From NCBI GenBank assembly GCA_012295275.1, contig CM022672.1, forward strand, positions 682,001-746,000: 64,000 bases of DNA, written 5' to 3'. The notes beneath the pieces were generated by a model. The model saw nothing but the letters and a program-made list of their open reading frames with translations, did no database searches and was not told the DNA's origin. This stretch comes from Chrysomallon squamiferum (lineage: Eukaryota > Animalia > Mollusca). A program made the translations under genes and the position numbers. This document shows positions 26,432 to 39,815 of this stretch, in pieces; within the stretch, counting starts at the first letter, position 1, and each line of letters opens with the position of its first letter.

Positions 26432-29313
26432 TAAGATCACACATTGAAAACAGCATTTAGAAAATAAATCAGTAAAAAAAATGTAGTTTTATAATAAAGT
26501 TTGATTAATCAGCTGATATCTACATTTATAAGAAGAAGAGAGACAAACAAAATTGCTGAAACTTTGTTTGGGAAGTGAACAGTGCGGCAGTCTAGGACAA
26601 ACAGAATAAACAAAACAGAATGTTTTGTACATCAGGTATGCTGAGATCAGTGGGTGAACATGTCAAAGCCCTGTATTCAGAATGTTGTGAAAACATCAGT
26701 GTCAGTGGATCAGTGAATGTAACAGATGTAGATAACAGATTACTAAGAGAGAACTGAGAAGTGAGCAGCATGTGTGTGTTGAAGTTAAGTAACTTGTTGT
26801 ATATTCTTTCTGATCATCATCTTTTCTAAATGTTGCAGTCGTCTGGCTTTGTTGAACACCTCAGACTTGTTGTTCTAAATTGTTGTGGACAACACTCTAT
26901 AACTAATCAGTGTGGGCTTCTTCATGATATTCATCTCAGCTGGAATAAGAAGCAGTGACAGTGAAGCTGTTGTCCAGTGTAAGAAAACATCAGTTTGAAC
27001 TTGCTAACAATACATCTTGTTGTTACTCTTTCTGCTGACCATTATCTATTTGGTTACTCATGAAGTGCACACATTTCTGTTAACTTAGTTAAAATCAGTC
27101 AACATTTTGGATTACCAGTTTTATTTATTTTGTTCACCATTTTTTGTCCTTTGTTGCATATCACAGTGATGTAAGATTATTCAAATCAATCAAATACATT
27201 TCCCCAATACATGAACTGGTTGTTTAGTACAACGTAATATTAAATTTAAAGAAAGAAAGAAAGAAATACACACACACACACACACACACATTTATATATA
27301 TATATATATATATATATTTTCTATTTTTTCTTTATTTGTTTAGTTGAAAATTTATATAGGTGTGTGTGTGTGTGTGTGGTTGTTACAGATGACAAACTGA
27401 AAGAATAATTAAAAACAATAAATAGAAATAAAAAGTGATAAATTATCAGAACATTAATACAGTATTGTTGCTTCTTTATGTAACATATTTATACTGACTA
27501 TTAAAGCAACAAAGTTAACTTTACAAAATGTAAAAAGAAAATTAGGGTCACTTGAGACAGATTAATATTTATTTAGCTGGTTTTGATTGCTCTGGTTATG
27601 TTGAATAATAAAAAAAATATTTAGCTGATACTGTAGAAAAATAGAAAAAAATATATCAATAAAATGTATGATTTCACAGTTATCTAACTAGACTGATTGC
27701 TATTTTACTATCATACTACCAGTATGTTTGCCATGTATGATACTGTTTTTATCTCAAACTGTGTTACCCTAATTTCTCTGTCTTGGCACAGTGCAAATAC
27801 TACATATATGGCATAATTCATCATTTTCTATCTTTATTGTTAAAAACAGACATACATCTAATAGTCTGTTATTCTTGTATTGTAATCTTCTGTCATTTTG
27901 TCCATAACATTATATGTTAACTGTATAAAGATAGGTGGACCTGCAGATTTCACATACTCACATCATGTTTCTTATGTATATAATGTGTTAAATTGTTTAA
28001 AAAGATATATAAACTGAGTTTGATTTAGAAGACCCATATTGCTAAACATTTAACCTGAATTATCATTAAAAAAATGAAAGAAAGAACAGATATGGATGTT
28101 TATGAGATAAAATTAAGTCAAATAAGCATACTATTGTTGTCTAGCAATGTTAATAAATTATTGTTTCCAGAGAAATTGTGTCATCTTATATTAAAATAAT
28201 GTTTGTATCCACTTCAAGTGCTAAAAATCAGACATAATAATTATAAAACAATGTTATATAGTTGTTTTTTTCCTGTATAATACTTGTAAGCACATTTATT
28301 CATAAAGTGTTTTCCAGATTAAATCATTAATGTTGTAGTTTTGTGTTGATTATTATTAATTTTTTTTTAATAATGTGGTTGTTTTCACTTTGGCACAATT
28401 TATTCATAAACACAGTTTGTAATAAATCATTTACCCAGGTGTATGCACAAAAAACAATGGCTTTAACATCACATAGAGATGCACCCCCCCCACACACACA
28501 CACATAGAAACTTATATTTGCTTCAGCTGCATGAAAACTACCAACAAAAAGTTACCTTCTTTCTAAAATAATATCACTCATAATAACTTTCTTTTCTTTG
28601 TTTTTTTTACCTGTTACTTGATAGTTCTATATTCAGATGTTATAAAATGTATTTCTTTTATCTTGTATCCAGGACAGTGATCTTCATGCCTTGATTTTTG
28701 AAACTAGTCTATTTGAATATTAACTCCTCTGTCTGTTTCTCCTATCTCTCATCTGTCTGTGTCTAAACATGCAGATTTCGTTTTCCTTTCTTAATTTATG
28801 TTCTTTAACAGAATTATATTTAGAAAATTAAAAATATTAATTGATAGTTTAACATGATTTTGTAAAATGTATAAAGCTAAATTAAAAACTGATAAAAATA
28901 ATAATAAAAATACATACACAAAATCATATGAATACCAGTTTGTATTCTTTATTTTATTTTTTTTATTTTTTAATAATTTTTATTTATTTATTTGATAAAT
29001 TAGTTTTAAGTGCAACTGTTAGATAAAATAAGATAAAAGCAAAGAAATCCAAATGATTTTACAATAAAATGTACACTTTAGAGTGATTTAATACAATAAT
29101 ATTTCATTAATATTTTAGTGTTAGAGATAAACTCAGAGTAACCCTGCTTAGCTCATGAACATTCATATTTTAATCAGTTTTTAGCTCTCAGTATTTGAAA
29201 TAATGCAGAAAGAAGTATATTAATTTTTAAACAAGCTATGTAAAATACAGTGAAGTTAGTTGGTTTTATTGTTTAAGAGGTGAGTGTTGAATTTAAATAT
29301 TTACTTATTTCAG

Positions 29314-29757
29314 CAAGGTGTAAATGAGTCAATGAAAGCAAACAGACGAGTATGTTTGAAAAACTACACACTGGAAAACCTCCAGTCAGCCATTACTTCA
29401 GTAATGTCGGGTGATATGACCATAAAAGAAGCCTCACGATTTTATAACATTCCTAAAGCCACATTGTATATAAAACTTCCCCGAGCTCACAAAGAACACA
29501 TTTCTGTGCTGACAACTTCAGAGGAACGGGCACTTGTAGATTCAGCTCTTGAGAAATGCAAGGGTGGAGGCATTCTGAGTAAAGGACAGTTTCTGCTGAA
29601 TGTCAAGAAACTGCTGGATGATGCAGAACGAGAAAACGAAAAGAAACCAGGACACACACCAAGACCAAAACGATTCAAAGACAACCTGCCTGATTATAGC
29701 TGGCTGGCTAACTTCTGCAAGAGAAATCCTCAGATTAAGAACTGTTTTCCAAAATAA
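29314..29757 (+). CDS. Gene C alternative last exon V1: Psq-like HTH + CENP-B-like HTH (147 aa)
   Basis: Acceptor ttatttcag| phase 0; NYTLENLQSAITSV...MTIKEASRFYNIPKATLY...LTTSEERALV...WLANFCKRNP; stop TAA. Confidence 0.85.
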   Translation, partial: QGVNESMKANRRVCLKNYTLENLQSAITSVMSGDMTIKEASRFYNIPKATLYIKLPRAHKEHISVLTTSEERALVDSALEKCKGGGILSKGQFLLNVKKLLDDAERENEKKPGHTPRPKRFKDNLPDYSWLANFCKRNPQIKNCFPK

Positions 29758-30457
29758 CTCAAGTAACTGGATTTTAACAAGCCAAGCTGTGCATTTGAAG
29801 ATAAAATGAGAAACAGTGTGTGAAAGTTATAAGTTGTCTTTATTATTGTATGGATACTTCTTATTTATTATTATTGTTTAATAATTGTTATCATTGTTAT
29901 TTCAAATAGCAGTTGAATGTGCCTTGTACATTATAAATTATTTGATTTAAAATCAGTTAAAGCTATCTGTATTAGGATGATGACCTCAAAAAAATGGCTG
30001 TGTTAGACAGTTACTTCAGGACAAAGATGAAAAAAAGAAAATAAAAAAGTAATAAGAAAAATAAAAAGATAAAAACAAACTATTAGCCATTAATCATAGT
30101 TTTGTTTGTCAAGAACTCCATGTGACATTATCAATATTAGTTATTATAGCTCTAAAGTTTATGCAAATCTAGCTTCTTTTTCTAATGTTTCTTTTTCTTT
30201 TTACATCATACACATCTTGTTTGTTTAGATTTTATAAGTTGTGATAGGAAACTACAGTGTTAAACAGCAAACATCAGATTGAATTATACCACATTACATA
30301 ATTATTTACACCTGTAAGTTTGATGTACATTTTAACTAACAAAATAAATATATTTATAATAACTGTCTGGTAACTTTTTCTAAACTGTTACTTTGCTAAT
30401 ATGTAACATTATAAAGTGTTTCTGCAGGAAGACTTTCCAGTAAATAAACATTGTGAT

Positions 30458-33060
30458 GGGTCATTCCGTGTCAAATCACCCCCAAATTTTTTTTTTAAAC
30501 ACGACCATCTCAGATTTTTTTGAAACTTGGCATACTTGTTGATTGGGATCCCACAGCACCAAATACACTGACATTTTGACCTTCATTATGACCTTGAAAT
30601 TGACTTTGTGGATCACATGACCTTGAGATGACCTTTCTTGAAATTTAATCTCCCACACGTTAACTAAAATATATAAAAGTTTCAGAGGTGTAATATTCCT
30701 TGTTTAGCAGCAGTACACACACATAAATTGCACATCCATGAAAATAACACCTTTTCTGCCATTAACATCAGATTAGCTAAAACCTGAATGACCAATTCCT
30801 GATGTTAGGAATCACCATCTCTCTTGATCACCGAGTAATACATTGTAGGCCTACATGCTATGATCATATGATATCAAACTACTTCCCACATTACCTTCTC
30901 ACAACTTCAACAGTCACAGAATCATTTGGTTACCCACTTCCCCATAGTCTTGCAATTCTAGCATCCGTTGAGAAGATGCAATAGAAGGTGTATCAATGAC
31001 ACAGATGTCCCCTTTGCTAATCCAACAAGTGTCTTCTTCATTTGGCCAGTGAAATAACTTAGGTCTGTGAGGGTGCATGATACAAATGAAGACGTCTGCA
31101 TGCTTTTCTGAAATGTCCTCAACTAGCCCAACCCATGCCTCATTGACATACAGACAAACATAGTTTTACTTCTTAGCTACTCTGGTAACAGTGTCATATC
31201 ATCCTCAGAATCCTGGACAGATACTAGTTCTGGTGGGTCACTGCAGGCTCAGCTTTAGGCATGCATCTTTGACTTAGACACTGGAACTAACCTGTGAAAT
31301 TGATGTGATCCCTTGACCATTTTGGCCACTTGAAACCTCTTGTAGTTCCAACTCATGCTTTGCTATGTGTTCTGGTGTGATGTTGAAAAAGTGAATACCT
31401 GGAATACTCTTGATGCAGAAGTTCATGATAGCTCATTGGTCAGAATTGGGTCTGTGTAGCGATGCTGCAAACTGACCTTTGTTAGCAACCTCTTCACCAT
31501 CCCCCCCAGTTCCATCATGGGCATTTTTCCTGTGGCTTGTTGCAAAAACATTCCATTCAGCTTCCAACCCAAAGTCCTCTTCATGATGGCAATGATGGCT
31601 CAGGTTAATAAAATTGTTCTTATGTTTATACAGTCCAGCACAGCCATCAGTGTCACAAAATAGCGCAGTGAACTGAATTGATCTTGAGACTAGTTTTATC
31701 TCAGGCATAATCACTGTATTACTTTAATATATAGTGGTCATAGTACTAGTAAATGTACCACTATTCTTGTATTAGATGTAATAGTAGTTGAAGTAATAAT
31801 AGTAAAAGTTGGGAGTTGTAGAAGTATCAGTGTTGTAATACCCATAGTAGTAATACTAGTATTATTACTAGTACTGCCAGTAATAATAATGATGATGATG
31901 ATGATAACAATAACAATGATATTAATAATCATAATGACAATTAAAGCAATATTAATGCTACAAGTAGTAATAAAAATCGTGGAAGCAGTCTCATAGATGT
32001 AGTAGTAGTAGTACTAGTGGCAGTAGGTAGTAGGAGATATAATAGTAATGTAGAGGGAGTGTTAGTACAGTTAGTAGTACTAGCAGAAGTAGCAAAATAA
32101 GAAATAGCTGTTGTAGTAGTAACAGTATTTGTGATAATAAAAGTAGCAGTAGTGGCAATGATGGTGACAGGTAATAACAGGAGCCTAGTGGGAGTTATAA
32201 TAGTAATAGCAGTACTAGAAGTAACTACTAGGACATCACTGATAATAGTGTCAGTAGAAGAAGATGTAGTATTAGTAGAAATAGTTAGGAACAAAAGGTG
32301 GGAATAGACAGAGTAGTAGAAGAATTAGTGATAGAAACTTCTAATTGCCATGTGCTCAGTGGGGATTTCATGGAGTTCCTAACATGCCTGAAGCCACACT
32401 TGCTGTTAACCCTTTGGGCCTATTTGTGTAAAACATCTCATGCCATTTGGCATCTTTTCATATCCTTCAGGCACTCCTTCAGATGTCAGGTGGATTTTGA
32501 CTCCAAAGAAGAGTTTTTGGTCTCACAGAAGTGTATATGTGTAGAAAATGTACATTGTAATGCATTGTATCAATCATCCGTGCATTTTTTAAATCTATAT
32601 TGTGGCTAAGATTACACCTCTGAAACTTTTGTATATTTTAGTTAATATGTGGGAGATTAAATTTCAAGAAAGGTCATCTCAAGGTGACATGATCCATAAG
32701 GTTAATTTCAAGGTCATAACAAAGGTCAAACAGTCAGTGTACCCCCAACATTCTCCAAACTGAACAATAATGGCAGATTTGGAATCCTTGTCATATTGCC
32801 TTTTCAACAATACCAATTTTATGAAGATTTGCCCAGTAGTTCCTGAGATATGAGGGTTCAAAGATTGGTGGTCATGCCCATATTGGCCAAAAATCTCAAA
32901 ATTTGGGAGGGAGGGTGGCATATCTCCCACACCACTGGCCCAATTGGCTTAAAATTTTGTATTTGGTGCTGTGGGACCCCTATCAACAAGGATACCTAGT
33001 TTCATAAAAATCGGAAATGGTCAGGTTTAACTCATTGGGTGATTTGACACGGAACGACCC
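30458..33060 (-). mobile_element. Defective Sola2-like DNA transposon, 2603 bp, inserted between V1 and V2
   Basis: Termini gggtcattccgtgtcaaatcaccc / gggtgatttgacacggaacgaccc with long imperfect TIRs, including subterminal blocks ~30570-30700 vs ~32610-32740. 4-bp TSD TGAT at 30454-30457 and 33061-33064. Minus-strand transposase remnant TDGCAGLYKHKNNF...WNVFATSHRKNAHDGTGG. GRG termini and a 4-bp TSD fit Sola2. Confidence 0.8.
30950..31714 (-). pseudogene. Fragmented transposase of the Sola2-like element
   Basis: Catalytic-region motifs lie in ORF 31433-31714, with a C-terminal remnant MHPHRPKLFHWPNEEDTCWI near 31020-31080. Interrupted by stops and frameshifts, and bordered by an (AGT/AAT)-rich low-complexity tract at ~31740-32335. 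Confidence 0.7.
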
Positions 33061-33325
33061 TGATGCACTGGTGAAATATAATATAAAACAAAAGAAGTTC
33101 AGTGTTAATATATTTGGAATTGCACTGATGATAACTGACTTCAGTTCTGAATTAACCTACAAAGAGTTACTGTTTGAGCTCCATTTTAAAAGTGCTTATA
33201 ACAAAAGTTCAGGATGAATATACTGAGGTAAGCTGCTTTATTTTACTAAAGAAAAATGATAAATAGTATTTCCAGTCTTGGTTTAGACAGTCAGACAGTT
33301 TATGTGGTGTACTTTGTTCTTACAG

Positions 33326-33814
33326 CTGGATTCAGCAAACCGAATGTTAATGAGGAGAGTAGGTAGCAAAGGTTGTTACACGTCAGAAAGTTTGAACGCT
33401 GCAGTTCAGGCTGTCATGGAGAAACGGATGAGTGCCAAAGATGCTTCTGCCCACTACAACATTCCACGAGCAACTATTTATGACAAACTGCCTCGACCCA
33501 CCAAACAGCAGGCAAAGACAGCCATTTTGACATCTGCTGAGGAAGAGGAGCTAGCTAACTTCATAATTGACAGACATGAAAGTGGCAGACCTCTCACAAA
33601 GATAGAGGTGCTGAAGAAAGTGAAAATGTTGTGTTACACCAAGTTTGATGAGTCAGGTGATCAGGGGTCAGTCAGATCAACCATACTGCAGAGGATCACA
33701 GAGAAACCTCCTGACTATTTCTGGTTGTCAAACTTTTGTAAAAGACATCCTAGAGTCAATGGTCTCTTTCAGACCAGCAGTCACCTAATGGAAAAGTATG
33801 CAGCAAATGATTAG
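33326..33814 (+). CDS. Gene C alternative last exon V2: double HTH (162 aa)
   Basis: Acceptor ttcttacag| phase 0; YTSESLNAAVQAV...YNIPRATIYDKLP...LTSAEEEELA...WLSNFCKRHP; stop TAG. Confidence 0.85.
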   Translation: MDSANRMLMRRVGSKGCYTSESLNAAVQAVMEKRMSAKDASAHYNIPRATIYDKLPRPTKQQAKTAILTSAEEEELANFIIDRHESGRPLTKIEVLKKVKMLCYTKFDESGDQGSVRSTILQRITEKPPDYFWLSNFCKRHPRVNGLFQTSSHLMEKYAAND

Positions 33815-34757
33815 TTGGTGTGAGAGACCACTGTGCCGGTGTGTTTAAACAAAAAAAATATTTAAATAATCATTTGTTACAGAAAAAGGAGGATCCTTAA
33901 AAATATTACATTCACTGAACAATTTAAAAAAAGTTTGGATTGTTAAAAATACATAATACAAGTTTTATTATGACAGAATTAGTTTTTGTTAGCAACATGA
34001 TGTTCTAAAGGTAACAATTATAAAATAAAGGACCATCAGAAAATAAAAATAATCTTCTTACTATTATTGTTTTTATTTTGTTAAAATAGGCAAACTATTT
34101 AACAGACGTATAATTTGCTCCTAATTTTCATTACTTCTCACAGAAAATGAACAGTGTTTGAAATAATTTAACATTATTATTGCATATTATTGAATAATTA
34201 ATGCTGATAAAAGTGAAAATGTATCTCAGTTATTTCATTTACAGATAGTTAACTGGACATCATACTTAAAATAAAATTATTACATTCAGTAGGTTTGTTT
34301 TGTGTCAAAAATCACATTCTAAATTCAGTGACTGGCAAATATTTTATTTTGTCTACATATCAAATCCAAGGTTGTGGAGTTGCATCATGTTTTTAATCAC
34401 ACATTATTTCTCCATTAAACATGTATTGGAGAGAAACAAACAAGACAATTTATTAGTATTATGAATGGTTCTCACTGGATTTTAAAGTAATATGTAATGG
34501 ATAAAATATTTTAAGTAGGTATTAAATGTTTGTTTAACAACAAATGGTATTTTTCATGAACAAGCAAGGAAATCTATAACATGCAGGAATCTGGAACTGT
34601 GGTTAAGAGTGTTGTGAAGTTGACGTGTGCTGGCTGGAATTAACAGAATGTTTTGCTAGGTCCTGGTGTTTTTAATAAATTCAGTTTGTTGTGTCACATT
34701 CATTCAGTCAGCTCCTGCCAGTCTGTTGACTTTTAAAACAAGTATCCTCTTTTACAG

Positions 34758-35153
34758 GATTCTACACGATTGTTCCCCTCCAATCCTCGATCACGATTCC
34801 AGTACTCTGCGTCTGACTTGGCAGCTGCTACACACGAAGTGCTTACCAAGAAGATGACCATAGTGGAAGCAGCTGAAACATTTAACATTCCCTGTCATGC
34901 CCTCTCAGCCAAACTCCCGCTGATACGACCACGGAGAACAAACAATATTTTAACTGAAGAAGAAGATAATGCACTTGTTGAGATCTTGTTAAAGAGGAGT
35001 CAGCTGGGTGATCCCATGACCAGGTCAGAAGCTTTGATTGAGGTGAAGAATATCATTGAGGGAAGCCCAAGAGAAAAAGGTCTCAAAAGAATGCCAGGAT
35101 TTCATTGGCTAAGGAACTTTCTCAGGAGGCATCCAGATGTAACACTTAAATAG
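34758..35153 (+). CDS. Gene C alternative last exon V3: double HTH (131 aa)
   Basis: Acceptor cttttacag| phase 0 (DSTRLFPS...); YSASDLAAATHEV...FNIPCHALSAKLP...LTEEEDNALV...WLRNFLRRHP; stop TAG. Confidence 0.85.
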   Translation, partial: DSTRLFPSNPRSRFQYSASDLAAATHEVLTKKMTIVEAAETFNIPCHALSAKLPLIRPRRTNNILTEEEDNALVEILLKRSQLGDPMTRSEALIEVKNIIEGSPREKGLKRMPGFHWLRNFLRRHPDVTLK

Positions 35154-36396
35154 ACTGATTGGAAAAATCTTAGAAAATTTGTCTAATTTACTGAATGTTA
35201 GTGATTAAGCATGACAACCTGTATAGATAATTTCAGAAAGTCCTCAAGACATATAAGTAATAAATTAGCAGATAGAACGAATTAGTCTTAGTCAAATAAC
35301 AGAAGATGAATTTTTAGAATTCATTTATCAAAACATTTCTAGTAAACAAAGAAAAATCACTAATGATTCTGGAATGTATTGCTGTGTCCACTGTTTGTGT
35401 TATTTTATTATTTCTGGTTCTAATACATCTTAAACTGTGTCTGATGATGACAGACAGCAGAGAAATGAGACATGTAATAAATGTTTCAGTACAAGATCAT
35501 TGTGAACACAGTTACTCTATAACAGCCTGACTGTATCATTCCAAACTGCGTTCTTTCATTAACTTGTTGTTTTAATTTACATTAGAAAAATACCTAAAAC
35601 ACATCAAATGGATGTTTATTTTTATTTTATGTTTTATTATTTTTTATATATATTTTCAGTTAAAGCTGAGTAAATCTCTCTCTCTATATAAATAAAACCA
35701 AACAGCCAGTAACATAAGAACATTTTGTTCATCTACTGATAGATGCGTAATAAAAATCTTCATGTTCATTCCCTTTTGTGTTTTGTATCTATTTTAATTA
35801 ATTATATATCACAAAATCAATATATATCATATCTTTATTTCTCAAATAGAATGTACTTGTGTTTCAATAAGCTATACAAATAAATGCTGCCACAATTTTG
35901 CTAAAAATATAATTATTTTACAAACAGATACTAACAATTTGAAGCCAGTTCTATGAAAATGTAATAATAAATATACTTGTATGCTTTATGCAGAAAGTAT
36001 CAATTTTATTACATTGTGCATGGATTTCATAAGCTTCAACAGTTAATTACTTGATATTTTAATTTGTATATCTCAGGGTATTTAATTTAGGGGCTTGTGT
36101 AAATTTAAAAGTAACAAAGTACATTACAGTTTTTCAGTTTACAAACCATTTTCTTGATATGTTATGTCAAAGTTTCACTTCCATTGTTTTTCTCTTCGAG
36201 TCTGAATTATATTTTTGGAATAAATTAAGGGAACATGATTATCCTAATAAAAAATAACAAAACTGTATCTGGTTTTGCTCTAATTTCTGTTGTTTTAATT
36301 CTTGTTTTAAATAGAAAATTATATTCTTGAATTAATCCCTTTCAATTTGAAATTATTTTATTTCAGTATTACATAAGAACATATTACACTGGAGGG

Positions 36397-36428
<32 letters not shown>

Positions 36429-36755
36429 AAAAATAAAAATAATAAACAGCCCTTAATAGAATAAATAATGATTTTACCTCTGTTAGATAACAGATGTTTC
36501 CTTTATTATTACTCATTATTATTATCATTCACCTGTATGTTTATGTTCAGAGTAAAAACATATGTCAAAGATATGATTGTATGAAAATCCATGAAGTAGC
36601 AAATTCATACTCATTATGATACAGTACCCACTAAGTGTGCTCTTTCTCACTGTCAATACAAAGAAAACTCTCTCACTTTATGGAGAATGTTGTTATTTTT
36701 ATGTTTAGTTTTGTGTTAAATGTTAGTCACACTGACACTGGTACGTTTGTTTCAG

Positions 36756-37172
36756 AAGAGATACTGCACTGACCCCTCTCAGTTAAGTGTCTTTAAGAAG
36801 TACTCATCGAAGATGATGGAAAATGCTGTCAGAGCAGTGGTGGAAAACCACTGGACTATCTTCAAAGCGAGTTCTGTGTTCCAGGTCCCAAAGTCGACTC
36901 TAAGACGGAAAGTGCCGATAATGCTAGGAACACCAAAAGGGGAGTCTGTCTTGAGCAGGGAGGAGGAGGAGAGTCTGGCTCACCTGATGAGAAGGCGAGC
37001 AGAGGAGAAAAACCCAATGTCAAGACAGGAATTGTTTAGAGAGGTCAAGAGAATCATTGATGCAAATCCAAGACCAAACCACTTCAAGGAAAACATGCCT
37101 GGTTATGGCTGGTTGATTTTCTTCTTGAAACGCAATCCTGATATAAAAGATTGTCTTAAAACAGATAAATGA
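36756..37172 (+). CDS. Gene C alternative last exon V4: double HTH (138 aa)
   Basis: Acceptor tttgtttcag| phase 0; YSSKMMENAVRAV...FQVPKSTLRRK...LSREEEESLA...WLIFFLKRNP; stop TGA followed immediately by AATAAA. Confidence 0.85.
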   Translation, partial: KRYCTDPSQLSVFKKYSSKMMENAVRAVVENHWTIFKASSVFQVPKSTLRRKVPIMLGTPKGESVLSREEEESLAHLMRRRAEEKNPMSRQELFREVKRIIDANPRPNHFKENMPGYGWLIFFLKRNPDIKDCLKTDK

Positions 37173-37910
37173 AATAAAGAAAGATATTTACAAGTAATCC
37201 TGACTTCTTTTGTTGTGAGCTTGGAAATGAAAATGAAATCAATACAAACCTGTTTGTTTCATTGTTGACTTTTGGATTATGTAAATATGTGCGGTATTTC
37301 AAAGTTGTCATGACAGTCAGACAATGGAGTGGTTATGATCCTTGCTCTGAACTTTACTGGATTAAGACGTGTCAGACACAGAGTTAAACACTGGTGATTC
37401 TTAAATTGGCAAGAAGAAAATAAAACTACGTAAACAGAATATTTTTGTAGCTTGTCATTTTGAAGATATTTTTCCTTACCTACATATATAAATTACTGTT
37501 TAATGAAAAAAAAAATAAAAATTTCTCTTTGATAGCCAAATTCATTTGTAGTTGTGTTTTCAATGTAAATAGAAAAAGGATTTATTTGTATAAATATTGT
37601 CTCTAAATTTCAACACTACACACTTTTTTTTTAGGTGACAAAACACTGTGATCTTTGATCAGTCGCTTGATAATTTGTAGTCAGCTTGATAATTTGTAGT
37701 CAGCTAATTAGATGTGATTTTGTAAACAATTCTTGTCTTCAGTTTGTTTCGCATCATCTGTAGTAAGTAAGAACTCTAACAGTTAAGAATTAAGGATAAA
37801 GGAAAACTAACATAATAAATGTTTTCCACCTCTTGTGAATGACATTGTAATGTTACAGCTAACTAAATATTTTTGTTGGTGAAACATTCATACAGATGCC
37901 TCTCTTTCAG

Positions 37911-38339
37911 GATTCCTCTTTGAATTGCAACTGGAGACGCAACTTTAAGCAGTACACTGAGGAAGATATGCAGAATGCTATTAAAGCAGTTCTTGATCAG
38001 AAATGGACAATTCTTAAAGCCAGTCAGGCTTTCAGGGTCCCAGAGACCACGTTGAAGCGCAGACTGCCGTTGATTGGGAAGTGCAATCGTCTGAAGATTC
38101 TGACAAATGAAGAAGAAAACCTGGTTGTTAAACTTATCACAGACAGGGCCAGGGTGGGGTTGCACCTCTCCAGACAGGAACTCTTCAGAGAGGTGAAGAA
38201 AATACTAGATAAGAAACCTACACCAACACACTTCCCAGATAACCTGCCTAGCTATGGATGGCTCATATACTTCTTAAAGCGACACCCAGAGGTGCCCAAG
38301 CACTACTTGAAACCAAAGTGTTCACAGCAGCCAGATTAA
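37911..38339 (+). CDS. Gene C alternative last exon V5: double HTH (142 aa)
   Basis: Acceptor ctctttcag| phase 0, with a second in-frame tacag| before 37896; YTEEDMQNAIKAV...FRVPETTLKRRLP...WLIYFLKRHP; stop TAA. Confidence 0.85.
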   Translation, partial: DSSLNCNWRRNFKQYTEEDMQNAIKAVLDQKWTILKASQAFRVPETTLKRRLPLIGKCNRLKILTNEEENLVVKLITDRARVGLHLSRQELFREVKKILDKKPTPTHFPDNLPSYGWLIYFLKRHPEVPKHYLKPKCSQQPD

Positions 38340-39250
38340 CTCTAAAGTTAACCAGAGAAGTTTTTATAGTTATCATATTAATTGTAGTGATGTTCATGTA
38401 GTTGTCTTTCAAAACTAGTGAAGAGAAAAGCCAATTATTCGATTCTTTCTGTTACTTTGTTTTATCTGAGATGATGACTGGTATCAAAAAGGTAAAAATC
38501 ATCTCAATGACTTTCAAAAACATTTGTGTTTAGTTCATTCTTATTTGTAATATATTTAATCTTTATTTATATTTTAAAAGGATAACAAAAGAATCATCAT
38601 GTATTAATATTAATATTTTTTAAATAATAGAAAAATGGAAATAAAAATTGTATAAAGAGGCTGTATAGGAAATACTTTATTATTATTATTTTTTTTATAC
38701 ACGCCCATTATTTATTTAGCCAGTTCATCACAGATGGTTTATATAATATAAAAAAGAAAGTAGAAGAAGAAGAAAAAAAAAAACCCTCCCCAAAAAAAAA
38801 CATAAAACTTTTAAAAGCACTCAGTGTGTTGGCATAATAATTCCTGAGTTGTATAATCAATGTATAAAATGATGTGTGACATCAAATAAGTGTTAGTAAT
38901 AAAAAACTGAGGTGTCAACATCTGTTGCATATCGAGATTCATCATCTGAATGTGCTGCCAGCTTTGTAAGCTCTAAAAGTTACACATGCCAGGATCATTT
39001 CAGATCTGATTAAAATACTGCCTCCAGTGTTTTCTTGTGAGAAAATGAACCAAGATCTTATTTATTGTATTTCTTGCATACATAAAGCAGTAATGTTCTT
39101 AATTCTTTTTACAATTCAAATTTTATTATTTTATTCGTTGTATATAAATTGCACATTATAATTTCTCTAAATAATATCTTGGGCCTGTTTGGAAAGAATA
39201 TTAATTATACACAACTGCATGTTTGTGTTTGTGTTTGTGTGTCTGCTTGT

Positions 39251-39282
<32 letters not shown>

Positions 39283-39472
39283 TTCTGTTTTCCCTATAGC
39301 TCCTTCTCTGCATGCTTCTAAGTTGTAAGATATTTTACTATTTTAAAGACAAAACTTGAAGGCAGTGATCCAGCATACTATTGTATTTGTAAAGGAATAT
39401 TACCCTGCTTTATCATTCTTGATTTCTTGATTAGCTGAGCAAGTTTCACAGTTGTTGTGGCCTATGTTTCAG

Positions 39473-39815
39473 GATTCAGCAAGTTGTGAGATTCTTCATG
39501 TTTTGGGAAGGTCTAAGTCCTATACAGATGATGATGTAAACAATGCTGTAGTTGCAGTAGTTAATCATAAGTGGTCAGTTCAGCAGGCCAGCAAAGCTTT
39601 CAGTGTTGCGTGTGAGGTGGTCAAGATACTATTCTGACACGGGCAGAGGAGAGACAGCTGGTAGTGTTAATACTGAAGAGAACAAGGTTACCAGTGGTCA
39701 GTAGACAATAAAACTAATAAGTGAAAATCCCAGACCAGACTGTGTGAAAAACTCTGAACCAAGTTTTGACTGGCTTATCAACCCAGAAATAATGAGAGAT
39801 TCTTTGAAATCATCT
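39473..39815 (+). pseudogene. Gene C degenerate alternative exon V6 (frameshifted and partly deleted double HTH)
   Basis: Acceptor tgtttcag| phase 0; YTDDDVNNAVVAVVNHKWSVQQASKAFSV then stop at 39635-39637. Remnants continue in other frames: ILTRAEERQLVVLILKR and KLISENPRPDCVKNSEPSFDWLINP. Confidence 0.75.

Noticed and set aside
31738-32294. Thr/Ile-rich ORFs resembling mucin or membrane proteins
   Set aside because: Translations of an (AGT/AAT) low-complexity tract inside the transposon.
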